A stretch of 64,000 nt of DNA from Prevotella sp. (GCA_022769825.1 JALEJI010000045.1:22932-86931); one strand, 5' to 3'; shown: positions 1-10,595, counted from the stretch's first letter. Made by a program: numbers and translations. Notes: generated from the sequence alone by a model not told the origin.

Positions 1-2
1 CG

Positions 3-1982
3 CACAAGATTTTCATGGCATACCAGCAACGCCTGAGGCAAGCCAACGCGATGGATTTCGACGACCTGCTCACCGAGACATATCGATTGCTGAAAGAGAA
101 TGAGGAAATAAGGCAGAAATACGCCAACAGGTTTCAATATGTATTGGTGGACGAGTACCAAGACACCAACTACGCGCAGCAAATGATAGTGGAGTTGCTC
201 ACCAAGGACAACCCGCACGTTTGCGTGGTGGGCGACGACTACCAAAGCATTTACGCTTTCCGCGGCGCCAACATCTCCAACATATTGAAGTTCAACAAGG
301 TCTACCCCACGGCAAAACTATTCAAGCTGGAACGCAACTATCGCTCAACGAAGAATATCGTATCGGCCGCCAACTCGCTGATGAAGCACAACCGAAGCCA
401 AATAGACAAGGACGTGTACAGCGAGAACGCCGACGGCGACAAGGTGACTGTCTACGAGACCATATCAGACAAGCGCGAGGCAAGTATAGTGTGCAGGGAG
501 ATAAAACGCCTAATCAAAGAGGAGCACCTGAAATACAGCGACATAGCCATACTCTACCGCACCAACGCCCAAAGCCGCACGTTTGAGGAGGAGATGCGCA
601 AGCCTGAAGTGGGCCTGGGAGCCAACTATCGCATCTACGGCGGACTGAGCTTCTATCAGCGCAAGGAAATCAAGGACATCATAGCCTACTTCAGGCTTAT
701 AGTGAACCCTGACGACGAAGAGGCTTTCAGAAGGATAATCAATTATCCCGCGCGCGGCATAGGCAACACCACCATAATGAAAATAGTGGCGGCTGCCGAG
801 CAAGATGGCGTCAGCCTATGGGAAGTGGTGTCGCGCCCTTCCGAGCACGCCCTCGACGTGAACAAGGGCACCATGACCAAGCTCCTTGGCTTCCGCGCGC
901 TTATCGCCTCATTCATAGAGGAGGCAAAGGAAAAAGACGCCCTGAAGCTCGGACAAGAGATAATTGAGAAGTCGGGAATAAAAGCCGACCTCGGAAAGGA
1001 CCAATCGGCCGAGGGCGACGCAAGGCGCGAGAACGTGGAGTCGCTCATATCCGGCATGGCATCGTTTGTGCAAGCGCAACAAGAGGACGGGGAAGGCGAT
1101 TACATCCACCTCACGGATTATCTCCAGACCGTGTCATTGATGACCGACGCGGACAGCGACGATGGCTCTGACGACAAGGTTACGCTCATGACCATTCACG
1201 CCGCCAAGGGCCTGGAGTTCAACACGGTGTTCGTCGTTGGACTCGAGGAAAACATCTTCCCAAGCTTGATGTCGGTTGACAACATAAAGGACTTGGAGGA
1301 AGAGCGACGTCTTCTCTACGTAGCCATCACGCGAGCCGAGAAGCATTGCTATCTCACATGGGCGCACACCCGTTGGCGTTATGGCAAGCTGGACGCTTTC
1401 GTCAACCCAAGCCGTTTCATCTCTGAGATTAACCCGAAATACCTGCACACCGAAGTCGAAGGCGGCAGGAGCGCCGGCAGTTTCTCGTCGTGGGGCGGAA
1501 ACTCTTCCGCACGAACGTCATGGGGTTCTTCCCGCGATGATGATTATGAGATAAACAAGCCTTATACCGGTTTCAGCGACTGGGGCGACGGCTACTCGCG
1601 TCGCAGTGGACGGATGCAGAACTCAAGGCCCGTGGCTGGACAGTTCATGGCCGACCCCAAGCCAAAGTTGACAACACCACACAAAGCCGAGACAGCCGTC
1701 AATCCTTTCTCTGAGTCGTTCGAGCAGAAACTAAGGCAGACTGGCAGATGGTCGAGGGTGTCAAGGGCAATGGCAAACGGCGGGAGGACAGCCAGCGCGA
1801 GCCCTTCGGCAGAGGCTTCCTCATTGAATGTCGGCAACGTAATTGAGCACCAACGTTTCGGCAAGGGAACGGTCGTGAACATTGAAGGCACGGGAGAGAA
1901 CAGGAAGGCGACAGTGAAGTTTGAGCAGACCGGCACAAAGCAGTTGCTACTGAAGTTCGCTCATTTCAACATTATCTCATAA
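3..1982 (+). CDS. pcrA: ATP-dependent DNA helicase UvrD/PcrA (5'-partial; frame open to the window edge)
   Basis: SF1A motifs VLVDEYQDTN, VVGDDYQSIYAFRGA, LERNYRST, TIHAAKGLEF, EEERRLLYVAITRA; C-terminal Tudor-like HQRFGKGTV domain; Walker A lies upstream of the window. Confidence 0.93.
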   Translation, partial: HKIFMAYQQRLRQANAMDFDDLLTETYRLLKENEEIRQKYANRFQYVLVDEYQDTNYAQQMIVELLTKDNPHVCVVGDDYQSIYAFRGANISNILKFNKVYPTAKLFKLERNYRSTKNIVSAANSLMKHNRSQIDKDVYSENADGDKVTVYETISDKREASIVCREIKRLIKEEHLKYSDIAILYRTNAQSRTFEEEMRKPEVGLGANYRIYGGLSFYQRKEIKDIIAYFRLIVNPDDEEAFRRIINYPARGIGNTTIMKIVAAAEQDGVSLWEVVSRPSEHALDVNKGTMTKLLGFRALIASFIEEAKEKDALKLGQEIIEKSGIKADLGKDQSAEGDARRENVESLISGMASFVQAQQEDGEGDYIHLTDYLQTVSLMTDADSDDGSDDKVTLMTIHAAKGLEFNTVFVVGLEENIFPSLMSVDNIKDLEEERRLLYVAITRAEKHCYLTWAHTRWRYGKLDAFVNPSRFISEINPKYLHTEVEGGRSAGSFSSWGGNSSARTSWGSSRDDDYEINKPYTGFSDWGDGYSRRSGRMQNSRPVAGQFMADPKPKLTTPHKAETAVNPFSESFEQKLRQTGRWSRVSRAMANGGRTASASPSAEASSLNVGNVIEHQRFGKGTVVNIEGTGENRKATVKFEQTGTKQLLLKFAHFNIIS

Positions 1983-2074
1983 TGTAACGCCTCTCCCAAA
2001 ACGCTAAACCACAAAACGGCAAGGCTTCGAGTTTGGGAAGGGGCTATAAAATATTACTTCGGACTTAAATATGC

Positions 2075-2121
2075 AGAACCGTAAAACGGCAAGGCTTCGA
2101 GCCTTGCCGTTTTACGGTTCT
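2075..2121. terminator. Perfect 22-bp-stem hairpin between convergent pcrA and rny (probable bidirectional terminator)
   Basis: AGAACCGTAAAACGGCAAGGCT-TCG-AGCCTTGCCGTTTTACGGTTCT. Confidence 0.7.
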
Positions 2122-2177
2122 CTTGATTTTTAGCCTTTCAAGGTTTTACCCTTGAAGGCATTATTATGATTTCCTTG

Positions 2178-3713
2178 TTACTTCGCGTAAGCCACTGAGC
2201 GAGTCTCACGGATGACCGTAATCTTCACCTGGCCAGGATATGTCATCTCGTTTTGGATCTTCTCCGCTATTTCAGACGACAGCTTGTTGCTCTCCTCGTC
2301 GTTCATCTTGTCGGCACCGACAATGACACGCAACTCGCGACCTGCCTGGATGGCGTATGTCTTTGTCACGCCAGGATAGCTCATGGCGATGGCCTCAAGG
2401 TCGTTGAGACGCTTGATGTAGGCTTCCACTATCTCACGGCGAGCACCTGGGCGAGCACCTGATATGGCATCGCAAACCTGCACTATCGGCGCAAGCAGCG
2501 TCTTCATCTCCGCCTCGTCGTGGTGGGCGGCGATGGCGTTCACGATGTCGGGCTTCTCATTGTATTTCTCAGCCATCTTAGCGCCGAGCAAGGCATGCGG
2601 CAACTCGCTCTCCTCGTCGGGCACCTTGCCAATGTCGTGGAGCAAGCCGGCACGCTTTGCCTTCTTCGGGTTCAAGCCGAGCTCAGCGGCCATGGCCGAA
2701 CAGAGGTTGGCCGTCTCACGAGCATGCTGCAGAAGGTTCTGGCCATAACTTGAACGATATTTCATCTTACCGATGATACGTATCAACTCAGGGTGAAGGC
2801 CATGTATGCCAAGGTCGATAGCGGTGCGCTTTCCGGTCTCTATTATCTCGTTGTCGAGCTGCTTCTTCACCTTTGCCACGACCTCCTCAATGCGGGCCGG
2901 GTGAATACGGCCATCGGCCACAAGCTGGTGAAGGGCCAGACGGCACACCTCACGGCGTATTGGGTCGAAGGCCGAGATGACGATAGACTCAGGAGTGTCG
3001 TCAACGACAATCTCCACGCCGCAAGCAGCCTCCAGGGCGCGAATGTTGCGACCCTCACGGCCAATGATACGGCCTTTCACCTCATCGTTCTCTATGTGGA
3101 ACACGCTGACGGAGTTTTCAATTGCCGTCTCCGTGGCCACGCGCTGAATGGTCTGGATAACAATCTTCTTCGCCTTCATGTTGGCGTCGAGCTTAGCTTG
3201 GTCAACCACCTCGTTGATGTAGCTCGCGGCATCCATCTTCGCCTTGTCCTTCATGCTTTCCACGAGACGTTTTTTGGCCTCCTCGGCCGAGATGCCGGAT
3301 ATTTCCTCCAACTTCTCGCGCTCCTGGCTCTGCATCTTGTCAAGTTCCTGCTGCTTGGCCGCCACGAGCTGCTTCTCATTTTCCATGCGCTGCTGCTCGC
3401 GCTCCATGTCCTGACGTATCTTGGCAAGCTCTTGCTGCTTCTGGTTGAGCGATATCTCGCGCTGCTTGAGCTTGTTGTCGCCAGCCTGCATTCTTTGGTT
3501 ATGGGCCTGAATCTCCTTGTCGAGTTCACTTTTCTTATTGAGGAACTTTTCTTTCACCTCAAGGAGTTTCTTTTCTTTTATGACATCGGCCTCCTTGTTG
3601 GCGGCCTCAATCATCCGGTTGTATTTTCCCTTTATCACATAACGGAAAATATAATAACCCGCCACACAGCCAACAATGAGGGCTACGACAGCGGCAATTA
3701 AAATGTTTATCAT
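2178..3713 (-). CDS. rny: Ribonuclease Y
   Basis: N-terminal TM helix, coiled coil, KH motif [15 protein letters not shown] motif GLLHDIGK, C-terminal [12 protein letters not shown]. Confidence 0.97.
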   Translation of the reverse strand: MINILIAAVVALIVGCVAGYYIFRYVIKGKYNRMIEAANKEADVIKEKKLLEVKEKFLNKKSELDKEIQAHNQRMQAGDNKLKQREISLNQKQQELAKIRQDMEREQQRMENEKQLVAAKQQELDKMQSQEREKLEEISGISAEEAKKRLVESMKDKAKMDAASYINEVVDQAKLDANMKAKKIVIQTIQRVATETAIENSVSVFHIENDEVKGRIIGREGRNIRALEAACGVEIVVDDTPESIVISAFDPIRREVCRLALHQLVADGRIHPARIEEVVAKVKKQLDNEIIETGKRTAIDLGIHGLHPELIRIIGKMKYRSSYGQNLLQHARETANLCSAMAAELGLNPKKAKRAGLLHDIGKVPDEESELPHALLGAKMAEKYNEKPDIVNAIAAHHDEAEMKTLLAPIVQVCDAISGARPGARREIVEAYIKRLNDLEAIAMSYPGVTKTYAIQAGRELRVIVGADKMNDEESNKLSSEIAEKIQNEMTYPGQVKITVIRETRSVAYAK

Positions 3714-3745
3714 CCTATACTATATTAACGTGTATTTAAATATTA

Positions 3746-4045
3746 TTATTTCTCTTCCAAAAGCTTCTCCATCTCGCCCGTGAGCTCTTTCATCACTTTC
3801 TCGTAAGGCTCAGAGTCGTTGCGCCTCAGTTCCTTCTGCAACCTAAGGCCCAGGTCTATCATGGCATAATAGATTATCTCCTTGTCGGGCTTCTTGTCCT
3901 TGAAATTGGAGAAATACAGGTTCAGCAACTCGTTGATAAGGTCCGCGTCTTTCCTGTAAAGCGGTTCATCATCCTGCGGCACCCTGACAGAGATGAAAGT
4001 ATCGTAAATGCGAAGCTTGATATTTCGCTTGAGCTCTTCTTCCAT
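3746..4045 (-). CDS. zapA: Cell division protein ZapA
   Basis: 99 aa with N-terminal beta hairpin and helix; usual Bacteroidota position immediately upstream of rny. Confidence 0.8.
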   Translation of the reverse strand: MEEELKRNIKLRIYDTFISVRVPQDDEPLYRKDADLINELLNLYFSNFKDKKPDKEIIYYAMIDLGLRLQKELRRNDSEPYEKVMKELTGEMEKLLEEK

Positions 4046-4071
4046 ATTAAAACATTAAATGGAACCCGCGC

Positions 4072-4368
4072 CTACTCTTGTCCGTTGAGCAGCGTGATGC
4101 TCCTGTTGACGTTTTTTATGAGCTTATTGAGCCGTTTCCGCGCCTCTTCTATGTCGCCATCCGTGATTTGCATCATGCGCGCCACTTTCAGCAAGTCGTA
4201 GTCGTGTCGAAGGCGATTGGCAAGCTCTTTCAAGCCCGCAATCTCCTCGTCACGCTCCTGCAGCTTGCCCCTCAGCGCCTCATTCTCTTCCTTCAGCGCC
4301 TTATAGCTAAGCATGAGCTGCCTCACCCTGGTGGTGAAGACATTTAGGTTTTCCGTCTTGGCATCCAT
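4072..4368 (-). CDS. Conserved coiled-coil protein (ZapB-like) upstream of zapA
   Basis: 98-aa coiled coil ending ARKRLNKLIKNVNRSITLL; synteny with zapA-rny. Confidence 0.7.
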   Translation of the reverse strand: MDAKTENLNVFTTRVRQLMLSYKALKEENEALRGKLQERDEEIAGLKELANRLRHDYDLLKVARMMQITDGDIEEARKRLNKLIKNVNRSITLLNGQE

Positions 4369-4411
4369 ATCACGAACCGGTCTTAAAAACGACGCTTGAC
4401 AAGCTGCGACA

Positions 4412-5062
4412 TCAGCCTTTCAGCTTTTTCTCGGCTTCCTTGGCCTCCTCCTGCGATGGCGCCGGCTCTTTCTTGGCGAGCATCACCACCTGGTAGACGA
4501 AGTCGGTGACCCACTTCTGCGAGAAGTTCAGCCTCTGGTTGAACTTGCGCACGGCCATGACCGCCTTGATGACGCTGGCGTCGGTATAGCTGTTCTTCGT
4601 GAAGATGTCGTTCACCGTCTTCTCCGTCATGGCATATATGGTCTTCTTGAAGAAAGAAGGCACGCGGAGCTTGAACTTCATCAGGTTGCCCGTGAGCATC
4701 ATCAGCTCCTGCGAGAAGCTCTGGAACTGTATGAGGTAGACCTGCACGTCTTGCAACTTCCTGCAATTACGACGGATGCTCTGGTCTATTTCCTTGAAGA
4801 AGCTGTCTTCCGTGCCATAAATCTCATGCATCATCTTGCGGCAATGCGACCTCTCGCCCACTCCGAGCTTGTTGTTCTGGGTGGGCACGTGGAGCGTAGA
4901 CTTGAACACGCGCAAGTCTGGGAGCATGGCGAGATTGGTTATGCCAAGCTGAGCGGCGAGCGATGCCTGGAAATAGACCCTCACAAGGGTCATGTAGTCC
5001 TGCATGCCACCAGCCTTCTCCTCGCGTGGCTTCCTGTTGAATATCTTTGAGAATATTCCCAT
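4412..5062 (-). CDS. Conserved hypothetical protein
   Basis: 216-aa ORF with host-like codon usage; upstream -7 box TACATTTG at 5104-5111 (minus). Confidence 0.7.
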   Translation of the reverse strand: MGIFSKIFNRKPREEKAGGMQDYMTLVRVYFQASLAAQLGITNLAMLPDLRVFKSTLHVPTQNNKLGVGERSHCRKMMHEIYGTEDSFFKEIDQSIRRNCRKLQDVQVYLIQFQSFSQELMMLTGNLMKFKLRVPSFFKKTIYAMTEKTVNDIFTKNSYTDASVIKAVMAVRKFNQRLNFSQKWVTDFVYQVVMLAKKEPAPSQEEAKEAEKKLKG

Positions 5063-5205
5063 ATTTTATCAAATATTAATTCACATAGATTAAATTATCA
5101 ATGCAAATGTACGACAATAATGCGATTATTCAAAGAGAAAAACATTATTTTTCCCCTAATACTTATTTATTTATAGAAATTTGGGATAATAAAAACTATA
5201 ATGTG

Positions 5206-5213
5206 TACCTTTG
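5206..5213 (+). promoter_or_regulatory. Bacteroidota sigma-A -7 element for rfbA
   Basis: TACCTTTG matches TAnnTTTG, 25 nt before the ATG at 5239. Confidence 0.65.
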
Positions 5214-5238
5214 CTTCAAATATAAAAATGTATTAACC

Positions 5239-6126
5239 ATGAAAGGCATAGTGCTGGCGGGAGGTTCCGGAACACGCCTCTACCCTATCACAAAAGGCAT
5301 CAGCAAGCAGCTGATCCCCATCTTCGACAAGCCAATGATTTACTACCCCATCTCGGTGCTCATGCTTGCCGGAATTCGCGACATTCTCATCATTTCAACC
5401 CCACAAGACATCGACTCTTTCAAGAGGCTTCTTGGCGACGGCAAGCGAATGGGCGTGAGCTTCACCTACGCGGTGCAGCCGTCTCCCGACGGCCTGGCCC
5501 AGGCGTTCATCATCGGCGAGGAGTTTATCGGCGACGACAGCGCGTGTCTCGTCTTGGGCGACAACATCTTCTACGGCGCCGGCTTCACCAGCCTGCTCGA
5601 GAAGAGCGTCCGCCTCGCAGACGAGGGCACGGCGTCGGTCTTTGGCTATTGGGTCAACGACCCCGAGCGATATGGCGTCGCCGAGTTCGACGCTACAGGA
5701 AAGTGCGTAAGCATCGAGGAGAAGCCCGAAAAGCCAAAGAGCAACTACGCGGTCGTGGGACTGTATTTCTACCCTAACAGCGTGGTGAAGATAGCCAAGG
5801 GCATCAAGCCAAGCGCGAGGGGCGAGCTTGAGATAACATCGGTAAACCAGGAGTATCTCAAGCAGGGACAACTGATGGTGCAGCCCCTGCAACGCGGCTT
5901 CGCGTGGCTCGACACGGGCACCCACGACAGCCTGTCGGAGGCAAGCACGTTCATAGAGGTCATAGAGAAGCGACAGGGGCTCAAGGTGGCTTGCCTGGAG
6001 GAGATTGCCTTCAAGCAAGGCTGGATAGACGCCCAGACGCTACTTGACGACGCCAAGCCGATGGCGAAAAATGATTATGGCAAATACTTGATAAGGTTGG
6101 CGGAAGAGACAGGGAAGAAGGACTGA
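5239..6126 (+). CDS. rfbA: Glucose-1-phosphate thymidylyltransferase
   Basis: [46 protein letters not shown]; start moved to the ATG at 5239. Confidence 0.97.
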   Translation: MKGIVLAGGSGTRLYPITKGISKQLIPIFDKPMIYYPISVLMLAGIRDILIISTPQDIDSFKRLLGDGKRMGVSFTYAVQPSPDGLAQAFIIGEEFIGDDSACLVLGDNIFYGAGFTSLLEKSVRLADEGTASVFGYWVNDPERYGVAEFDATGKCVSIEEKPEKPKSNYAVVGLYFYPNSVVKIAKGIKPSARGELEITSVNQEYLKQGQLMVQPLQRGFAWLDTGTHDSLSEASTFIEVIEKRQGLKVACLEEIAFKQGWIDAQTLLDDAKPMAKNDYGKYLIRLAEETGKKD

Positions 6127-6190
6127 GCCTCACGCCAACCGCGACACGACAACATCACTTTAACAATCATTACAAAAAACTACAACGATA

Positions 6191-8632
6191 ATGATATCTG
6201 GAAACATTAACAACCCAGAAGAGAACTTGGACAAGAAGCAGGGCACGCAGGCCGAGACGGACAGTATGAAGCAGCTTCTTGTCTCAATGTTGATAAACTG
6301 GAAATGGATCGCCCTCTCGCTCATCGTGTGCTTGGGTATCGGCATGGCATACGTCCGCTACACCAACACCGTTTACAACGTCAACGAGAAGGTGCTCATC
6401 AAGACTGGCAACAACAATTCTGGCAGCAGCAATTATGGCAGCAGCCTCAAATCGCAGACCATGGGCTTCGTGTCCATGTCCGACGGTTTCGACAACGAGC
6501 TGGAGATACTGAGCACCCACTCTCTTGCCAAGCAGGCCGTGAGAGACCTCAACCTCTTCGTGTCTTACTACTCTGTGGGAAATTTCAAGAGCACCTTGGT
6601 CTACAAGGACCAGCCCGTCAACGTGAACGTGAGCATTGGCGAGGCCGAGAGGCTTACGGGCGCGTTCACCGTCGAGGTGGAGCACGCCAACGGCGAATAC
6701 AACATCACCGCGCCGAATGTCGACGTCACGGTGAAGAGCCTGCCTACGACAATCGACGCCAGGGGATGCCGGCTGACGCTCACCGTTAACGACGGCACGG
6801 CGATAGCGCAAGACTGGAAGATGAAAGCGGTCATCACGTCGCCAGACCAAGCCGCTTATGACTTCCAGGGACGCTTCAGCGCCGTCTCCGACTCGCGCAC
6901 CACTTCAATTGCCGTGCTATCGCTCAACGACGAGAACCCCAAACGCGCAAGCGACTACCTACGCCAACTGGTGACTTGCTACAACACGCAGGCCAACGAG
7001 GACAAGAACGAGGTGGCAAGAAGGACCGAGGAGTTTATCAACCAGCGCATAGCCAAAATCAACGATGAGCTCGGAAGCACCGAAGGACACATAGAGAACT
7101 ACAAGCGAAGCCGAGGCATGGTGGAGCTGAAGACCAACGCCACGCAAGCCTTCACCCAGGCCAACAACTATGAGGAGAAGCTTGCCGACTTCAATACCCA
7201 GATAGCGCTCTTCGACGAGATGTCGGCTTTCCTCAACAACCCGGCCAACAGGTACCAGCCCTTGCCAAACAACGTGGGCATAGAAAACGGGGCGGTGACA
7301 TCGCTCATAAACAACTATAACCAAACGGTGCAAAAGCGCAACCTGCTCCTGCAGAGCGCCAGCGAGAACTCACCGGCGGTAACGCCGCTCACGGCACAGC
7401 TCGACCAACTGCACAACTCCATCAGCCAGACCCTGCGACAGGTGAGGAGGAGCATGGACATACAGCGCAGCGGACTGCAACAGCAGTACGGCAAATACCA
7501 AGGCGAGGTGGGACAGACGCCTGAGCAAGAGCGCGTGCTGACACAGATTGGAAGACAGCAGGAAGTGAAGTCGGGACTTTACCTCCTCTTGCTGCAAAAG
7601 CGTGAGGAGAACTCCATCTCGCTCGCCGCCACCGCCGACAAGGGCCGCATCATCGACGACCCGCAGACCAAAGGCGTGGTGAGCACCAAGAGCCGCTCCG
7701 TCATGGGCGTGGCATTCGTGGCGGGCTTGGGACTGCCTATCGCCATAATATACATCATTGGCCTGTTGCGCTACAAGATTGGCGGACGCGACGACGTGGA
7801 GCGACTCACTAAGCTGCCCATCATATCCGACGTGGCCACGGCGTCGAAACACGCCAAGGGCGACGGCGAGATCGTGGTCAGGGAGAACCACAACAACGCC
7901 ATGGAAGAGATTTTCAGGGGCATGCGCTCCAACTTGCTTTTCACGCTGAAGGAGGGGCAGAACGTCATCGTGTGTACCTCATCCATAGCCGGCGAGGGCA
8001 AGACGTTCATTTCCAGCAACCTCGCCATGTCGTTTGCCATCCTCGGCAAGAAGGTGCTTCTCGTGGGCCTCGACATCCGCAAGCCCCGACTGCAAGGCAT
8101 CTTCAGCTTCGGCGAGCAGAAGGTCGGCATCACCAACCTGCTCAAGCTGGAGGACCCCTCATGGGAAGAGATTGAGGGCCAGATAATGCCATCGGGCAAG
8201 CACGACAACCTCCTCGTCATGCCTAGCGGACCCATTCCGCCCAACCCGACCGAGATATTGGCGAGAAAGAGCCTCGACAACATCATAAGCACGGCGAAGG
8301 CCCATTTCGACTACGTGATTATCGACTCAGCGCCAGTCGGCCTCGTGCCCGACACCGTGTCGATAGCCAGGGTGAGCGACGCCACTGTGTTTGTTTGCCG
8401 CGCCGACTACACGCCGAAGCGCGACTTCGACATCATCAACACGCTCTCGGCCGAGGACAGGCTCCACAACGTGAGCATCGTAATCAACGGCATCGACATG
8501 TCGAAGAAGCGATACGGCTATTATTACGGCTACGGACACTATGGCTACGGTCACCACTCCTACGGCTACGGCGGCTACCGCTATGGATACGACAACTATG
8601 GCGACAAGGAAGACAAATCCATAAAGAAATAA
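6191..8632 (+). CDS. wzc: Wzc/GumC-family polysaccharide co-polymerase / BY tyrosine kinase
   Basis: Two TM segments flanking a periplasmic coiled coil; Walker A GEGKTF, A' GLDIRKP, B VIIDSAP; Tyr-rich C-terminal tail. Confidence 0.9.
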   Translation: MISGNINNPEENLDKKQGTQAETDSMKQLLVSMLINWKWIALSLIVCLGIGMAYVRYTNTVYNVNEKVLIKTGNNNSGSSNYGSSLKSQTMGFVSMSDGFDNELEILSTHSLAKQAVRDLNLFVSYYSVGNFKSTLVYKDQPVNVNVSIGEAERLTGAFTVEVEHANGEYNITAPNVDVTVKSLPTTIDARGCRLTLTVNDGTAIAQDWKMKAVITSPDQAAYDFQGRFSAVSDSRTTSIAVLSLNDENPKRASDYLRQLVTCYNTQANEDKNEVARRTEEFINQRIAKINDELGSTEGHIENYKRSRGMVELKTNATQAFTQANNYEEKLADFNTQIALFDEMSAFLNNPANRYQPLPNNVGIENGAVTSLINNYNQTVQKRNLLLQSASENSPAVTPLTAQLDQLHNSISQTLRQVRRSMDIQRSGLQQQYGKYQGEVGQTPEQERVLTQIGRQQEVKSGLYLLLLQKREENSISLAATADKGRIIDDPQTKGVVSTKSRSVMGVAFVAGLGLPIAIIYIIGLLRYKIGGRDDVERLTKLPIISDVATASKHAKGDGEIVVRENHNNAMEEIFRGMRSNLLFTLKEGQNVIVCTSSIAGEGKTFISSNLAMSFAILGKKVLLVGLDIRKPRLQGIFSFGEQKVGITNLLKLEDPSWEEIEGQIMPSGKHDNLLVMPSGPIPPNPTEILARKSLDNIISTAKAHFDYVIIDSAPVGLVPDTVSIARVSDATVFVCRADYTPKRDFDIINTLSAEDRLHNVSIVINGIDMSKKRYGYYYGYGHYGYGHHSYGYGGYRYGYDNYGDKEDKSIKK

Positions 8633-8640
8633 GGAAAGTA

Positions 8641-9054
8641 ATGGCTAAGATAGCTATCGATTTCGACGGCACCATCGTGGAGGACCGCTATCCCGACATC
8701 GGCCCGGAGATAACGTTCGCCACCGACACGCTGCGCATGCTGCAGCAGGAGCACCACCAACTCATACTTTGGACCGTGCGCGAGGGCGAGGCCCTGAGGC
8801 GGGCCGTGGAATGGTGCCACGAGAGGGGCATAGACTTCTGGGCGGTCAACAGCGACTACCCGGAAGAGAAACCATCTGACAGGCATTACAGCAGGAAGAT
8901 AAAGGCCGACTATTTCATCGACGACCGCAACATCGGCGGACTACTCGACTGGGGGCAGATCTACGCCATCATAAGCCAGCACAAGACGCTCAGCGACGTG
9001 CTGCTACATGGCACGATGGTAGAGAAAAAGAAAAAACACTGGTGGAACTTCTGA
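8641..9054 (+). CDS. Small HAD-superfamily phosphatase (BT0820-like)
   Basis: Motif I IAIDFDGTIV, ILWTVR, KIKADYFIDDRN; start at the ATG at 8641. Confidence 0.85.
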   Translation: MAKIAIDFDGTIVEDRYPDIGPEITFATDTLRMLQQEHHQLILWTVREGEALRRAVEWCHERGIDFWAVNSDYPEEKPSDRHYSRKIKADYFIDDRNIGGLLDWGQIYAIISQHKTLSDVLLHGTMVEKKKKHWWNF

Positions 9055-9086
9055 CTCACTGCCGTCACAATTAATCAAACCAAAGA

Positions 9087-10067
9087 ATGGAAAAGAAAGA
9101 CCTTAGGATAATATTCATGGGCACGCCTGAGTTTGCCGTGGGCACGCTCAGCAGGCTTGTGGAAGGCGGCTACAACGTGGTGGCCGTGGTGACACAACCC
9201 GACAAGCCTGTGGGGAGGCATCAAGACAAGCTTCAGGCCTCAGCGGTTAAGCAATACGCTCTCGCCCACTCCATACCCGTGCTTCAACCGGTGAAGATGA
9301 AGGACCCTGACTTCGTGGAGCAACTGGCCGACCTGAAGGCCGACCTACAAGTGGTGGTGGCATTCAGGATGCTGCCGGAGATAGTGTGGGCCATGCCGCG
9401 CTTCGGCACGTTCAACGTCCACGCCGCTCTCCTGCCGCAATATCGTGGCGCGGCACCTATAAACTGGGCGGTGATCAACGGCGAGACGCAAACGGGCGTG
9501 ACAACGTTCTTCATCGACAAGGACATCGACACGGGAAGGATCATCATGAAGAGGACATTCGACATACCCGACGATGCCGACGTGGAATACGTGTACGACG
9601 GGTTGATGAAACTCGGGGCCGACATTGCCGTGGAGACCGTCGACATGGTGCTCGACAAGGATGGCAACGTGCCGGCGCAAGAGCAGGAGGCCCTTATCCC
9701 GACATCCGAGCCTCTGCACCCGGCTCCAAAGATTTTCAAGGAGACGTGCCAGATATGCTGGGACAAGCCAGCCAAGACGGTCTACGACTTCATAAGGGGC
9801 TTGTCGCCTTACCCTGGGGCATGGACAACGCTACACAAAGACCAGAAGGCAACGGAGCTGAAGATCTATAAGGCAGCGAAGACAGGAAAGCCCGTCGGCG
9901 ACGCAAAGCCGGGCAGCATCGAGACCACGAAGAAAGCTCTGTACATGGCTTGCGCCGACGAATGGTTGGAGATTCTCTCTCTCCAGCTCGCCGGAAAGAA
10001 ACGCATGGAAGCCTCAGCTTTCATAAACGGCAACAAGGGCTTGGCAGATTGCACAGTGGGTGCGTAA
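9087..10067 (+). CDS. fmt: Methionyl-tRNA formyltransferase
   Basis: IIFMGTPEFA, VVTQPDKP, NVHAALLPQYRGAAPINWA, IRGLSPYPGAW. Confidence 0.97.
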   Translation: MEKKDLRIIFMGTPEFAVGTLSRLVEGGYNVVAVVTQPDKPVGRHQDKLQASAVKQYALAHSIPVLQPVKMKDPDFVEQLADLKADLQVVVAFRMLPEIVWAMPRFGTFNVHAALLPQYRGAAPINWAVINGETQTGVTTFFIDKDIDTGRIIMKRTFDIPDDADVEYVYDGLMKLGADIAVETVDMVLDKDGNVPAQEQEALIPTSEPLHPAPKIFKETCQICWDKPAKTVYDFIRGLSPYPGAWTTLHKDQKATELKIYKAAKTGKPVGDAKPGSIETTKKALYMACADEWLEILSLQLAGKKRMEASAFINGNKGLADCTVGA

Positions 10068-10114
10068 TCTTATTATTTTCTGACACACATCGTGTGCAAA
10101 ATTTCAAACGCTTA

Positions 10115-10210
10115 GCAGGGGCGGGCCCTGTGCCCGTCCGCAACCAATGTGGACGCATTGACAATTTCTCTGCCATTCGGTATGCGGACGGGCACAGGGC
10201 CCGCCCCTGC
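10115..10210. repeat. REP/REPIN-like doublet: perfect 28-bp inverted repeat with a 40-bp spacer
   Basis: GCAGGGGCGGGCCCTGTGCCCGTCCGCA (10115-10142) and its exact reverse complement (10183-10210); each arm is itself an imperfect palindrome. Confidence 0.75.
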
Positions 10211-10252
10211 AAGATCCGCTGACCCGACATCATTATAAAACATATATACACG

Positions 10253-10298
10253 AAAAAAGACGCATCAAAAGCCCAATGACTTACAATGCGTCTTTTTT
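10253..10298 (-). terminator. Hairpin downstream of tRNA-Pro
   Basis: AAAAAAGACGCAT ... ATGCGTCTTTTTT, T-tracts available on both strands. Confidence 0.6.
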
Positions 10299-10299
10299 G

Positions 10300-10373
10300 T
10301 CGGGGCGACAGGATTCGAACCTGCGACCACCTGGTCCCAAACCAGGAGCGCTACCGGACTGCGCTACACCCCG
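10300..10373 (-). tRNA. tRNA-Pro (TGG)
   Basis: Reverse complement CGGGGTGTAGCGCAGTCCGGTAGCGCTCCTGGTTTGGGACCAGGTGGTCGCAGGTTCGAATCCTGTCGCCCCGA folds as a cloverleaf with anticodon TGG; -7 box at 10397-10404. Confidence 0.97.
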
Positions 10374-10595
10374 TGCTTATTTCTTTTAAGCGAGTGCAAA
10401 GGTAGGCAATAAAAACCACATGGCCAAACTTTTTCATGATTTTCTTTCAATTTTTGCGATAAAAACTGATTTCCCACGATTTAAAGCCAATTTTCAAGTT
10501 GCATTTAGCCGCAATTGGGCAAGATTTATTACTTTTGCAAACAATGAAAACGAACGACGCAAACAGAAAAACATAAACTTATACCATATCATTAA

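Noticed and set aside
3714-3745. 6S RNA, which often lies downstream of zapA
   Set aside because: Only 32 bp separate zapA and rny, leaving no room.
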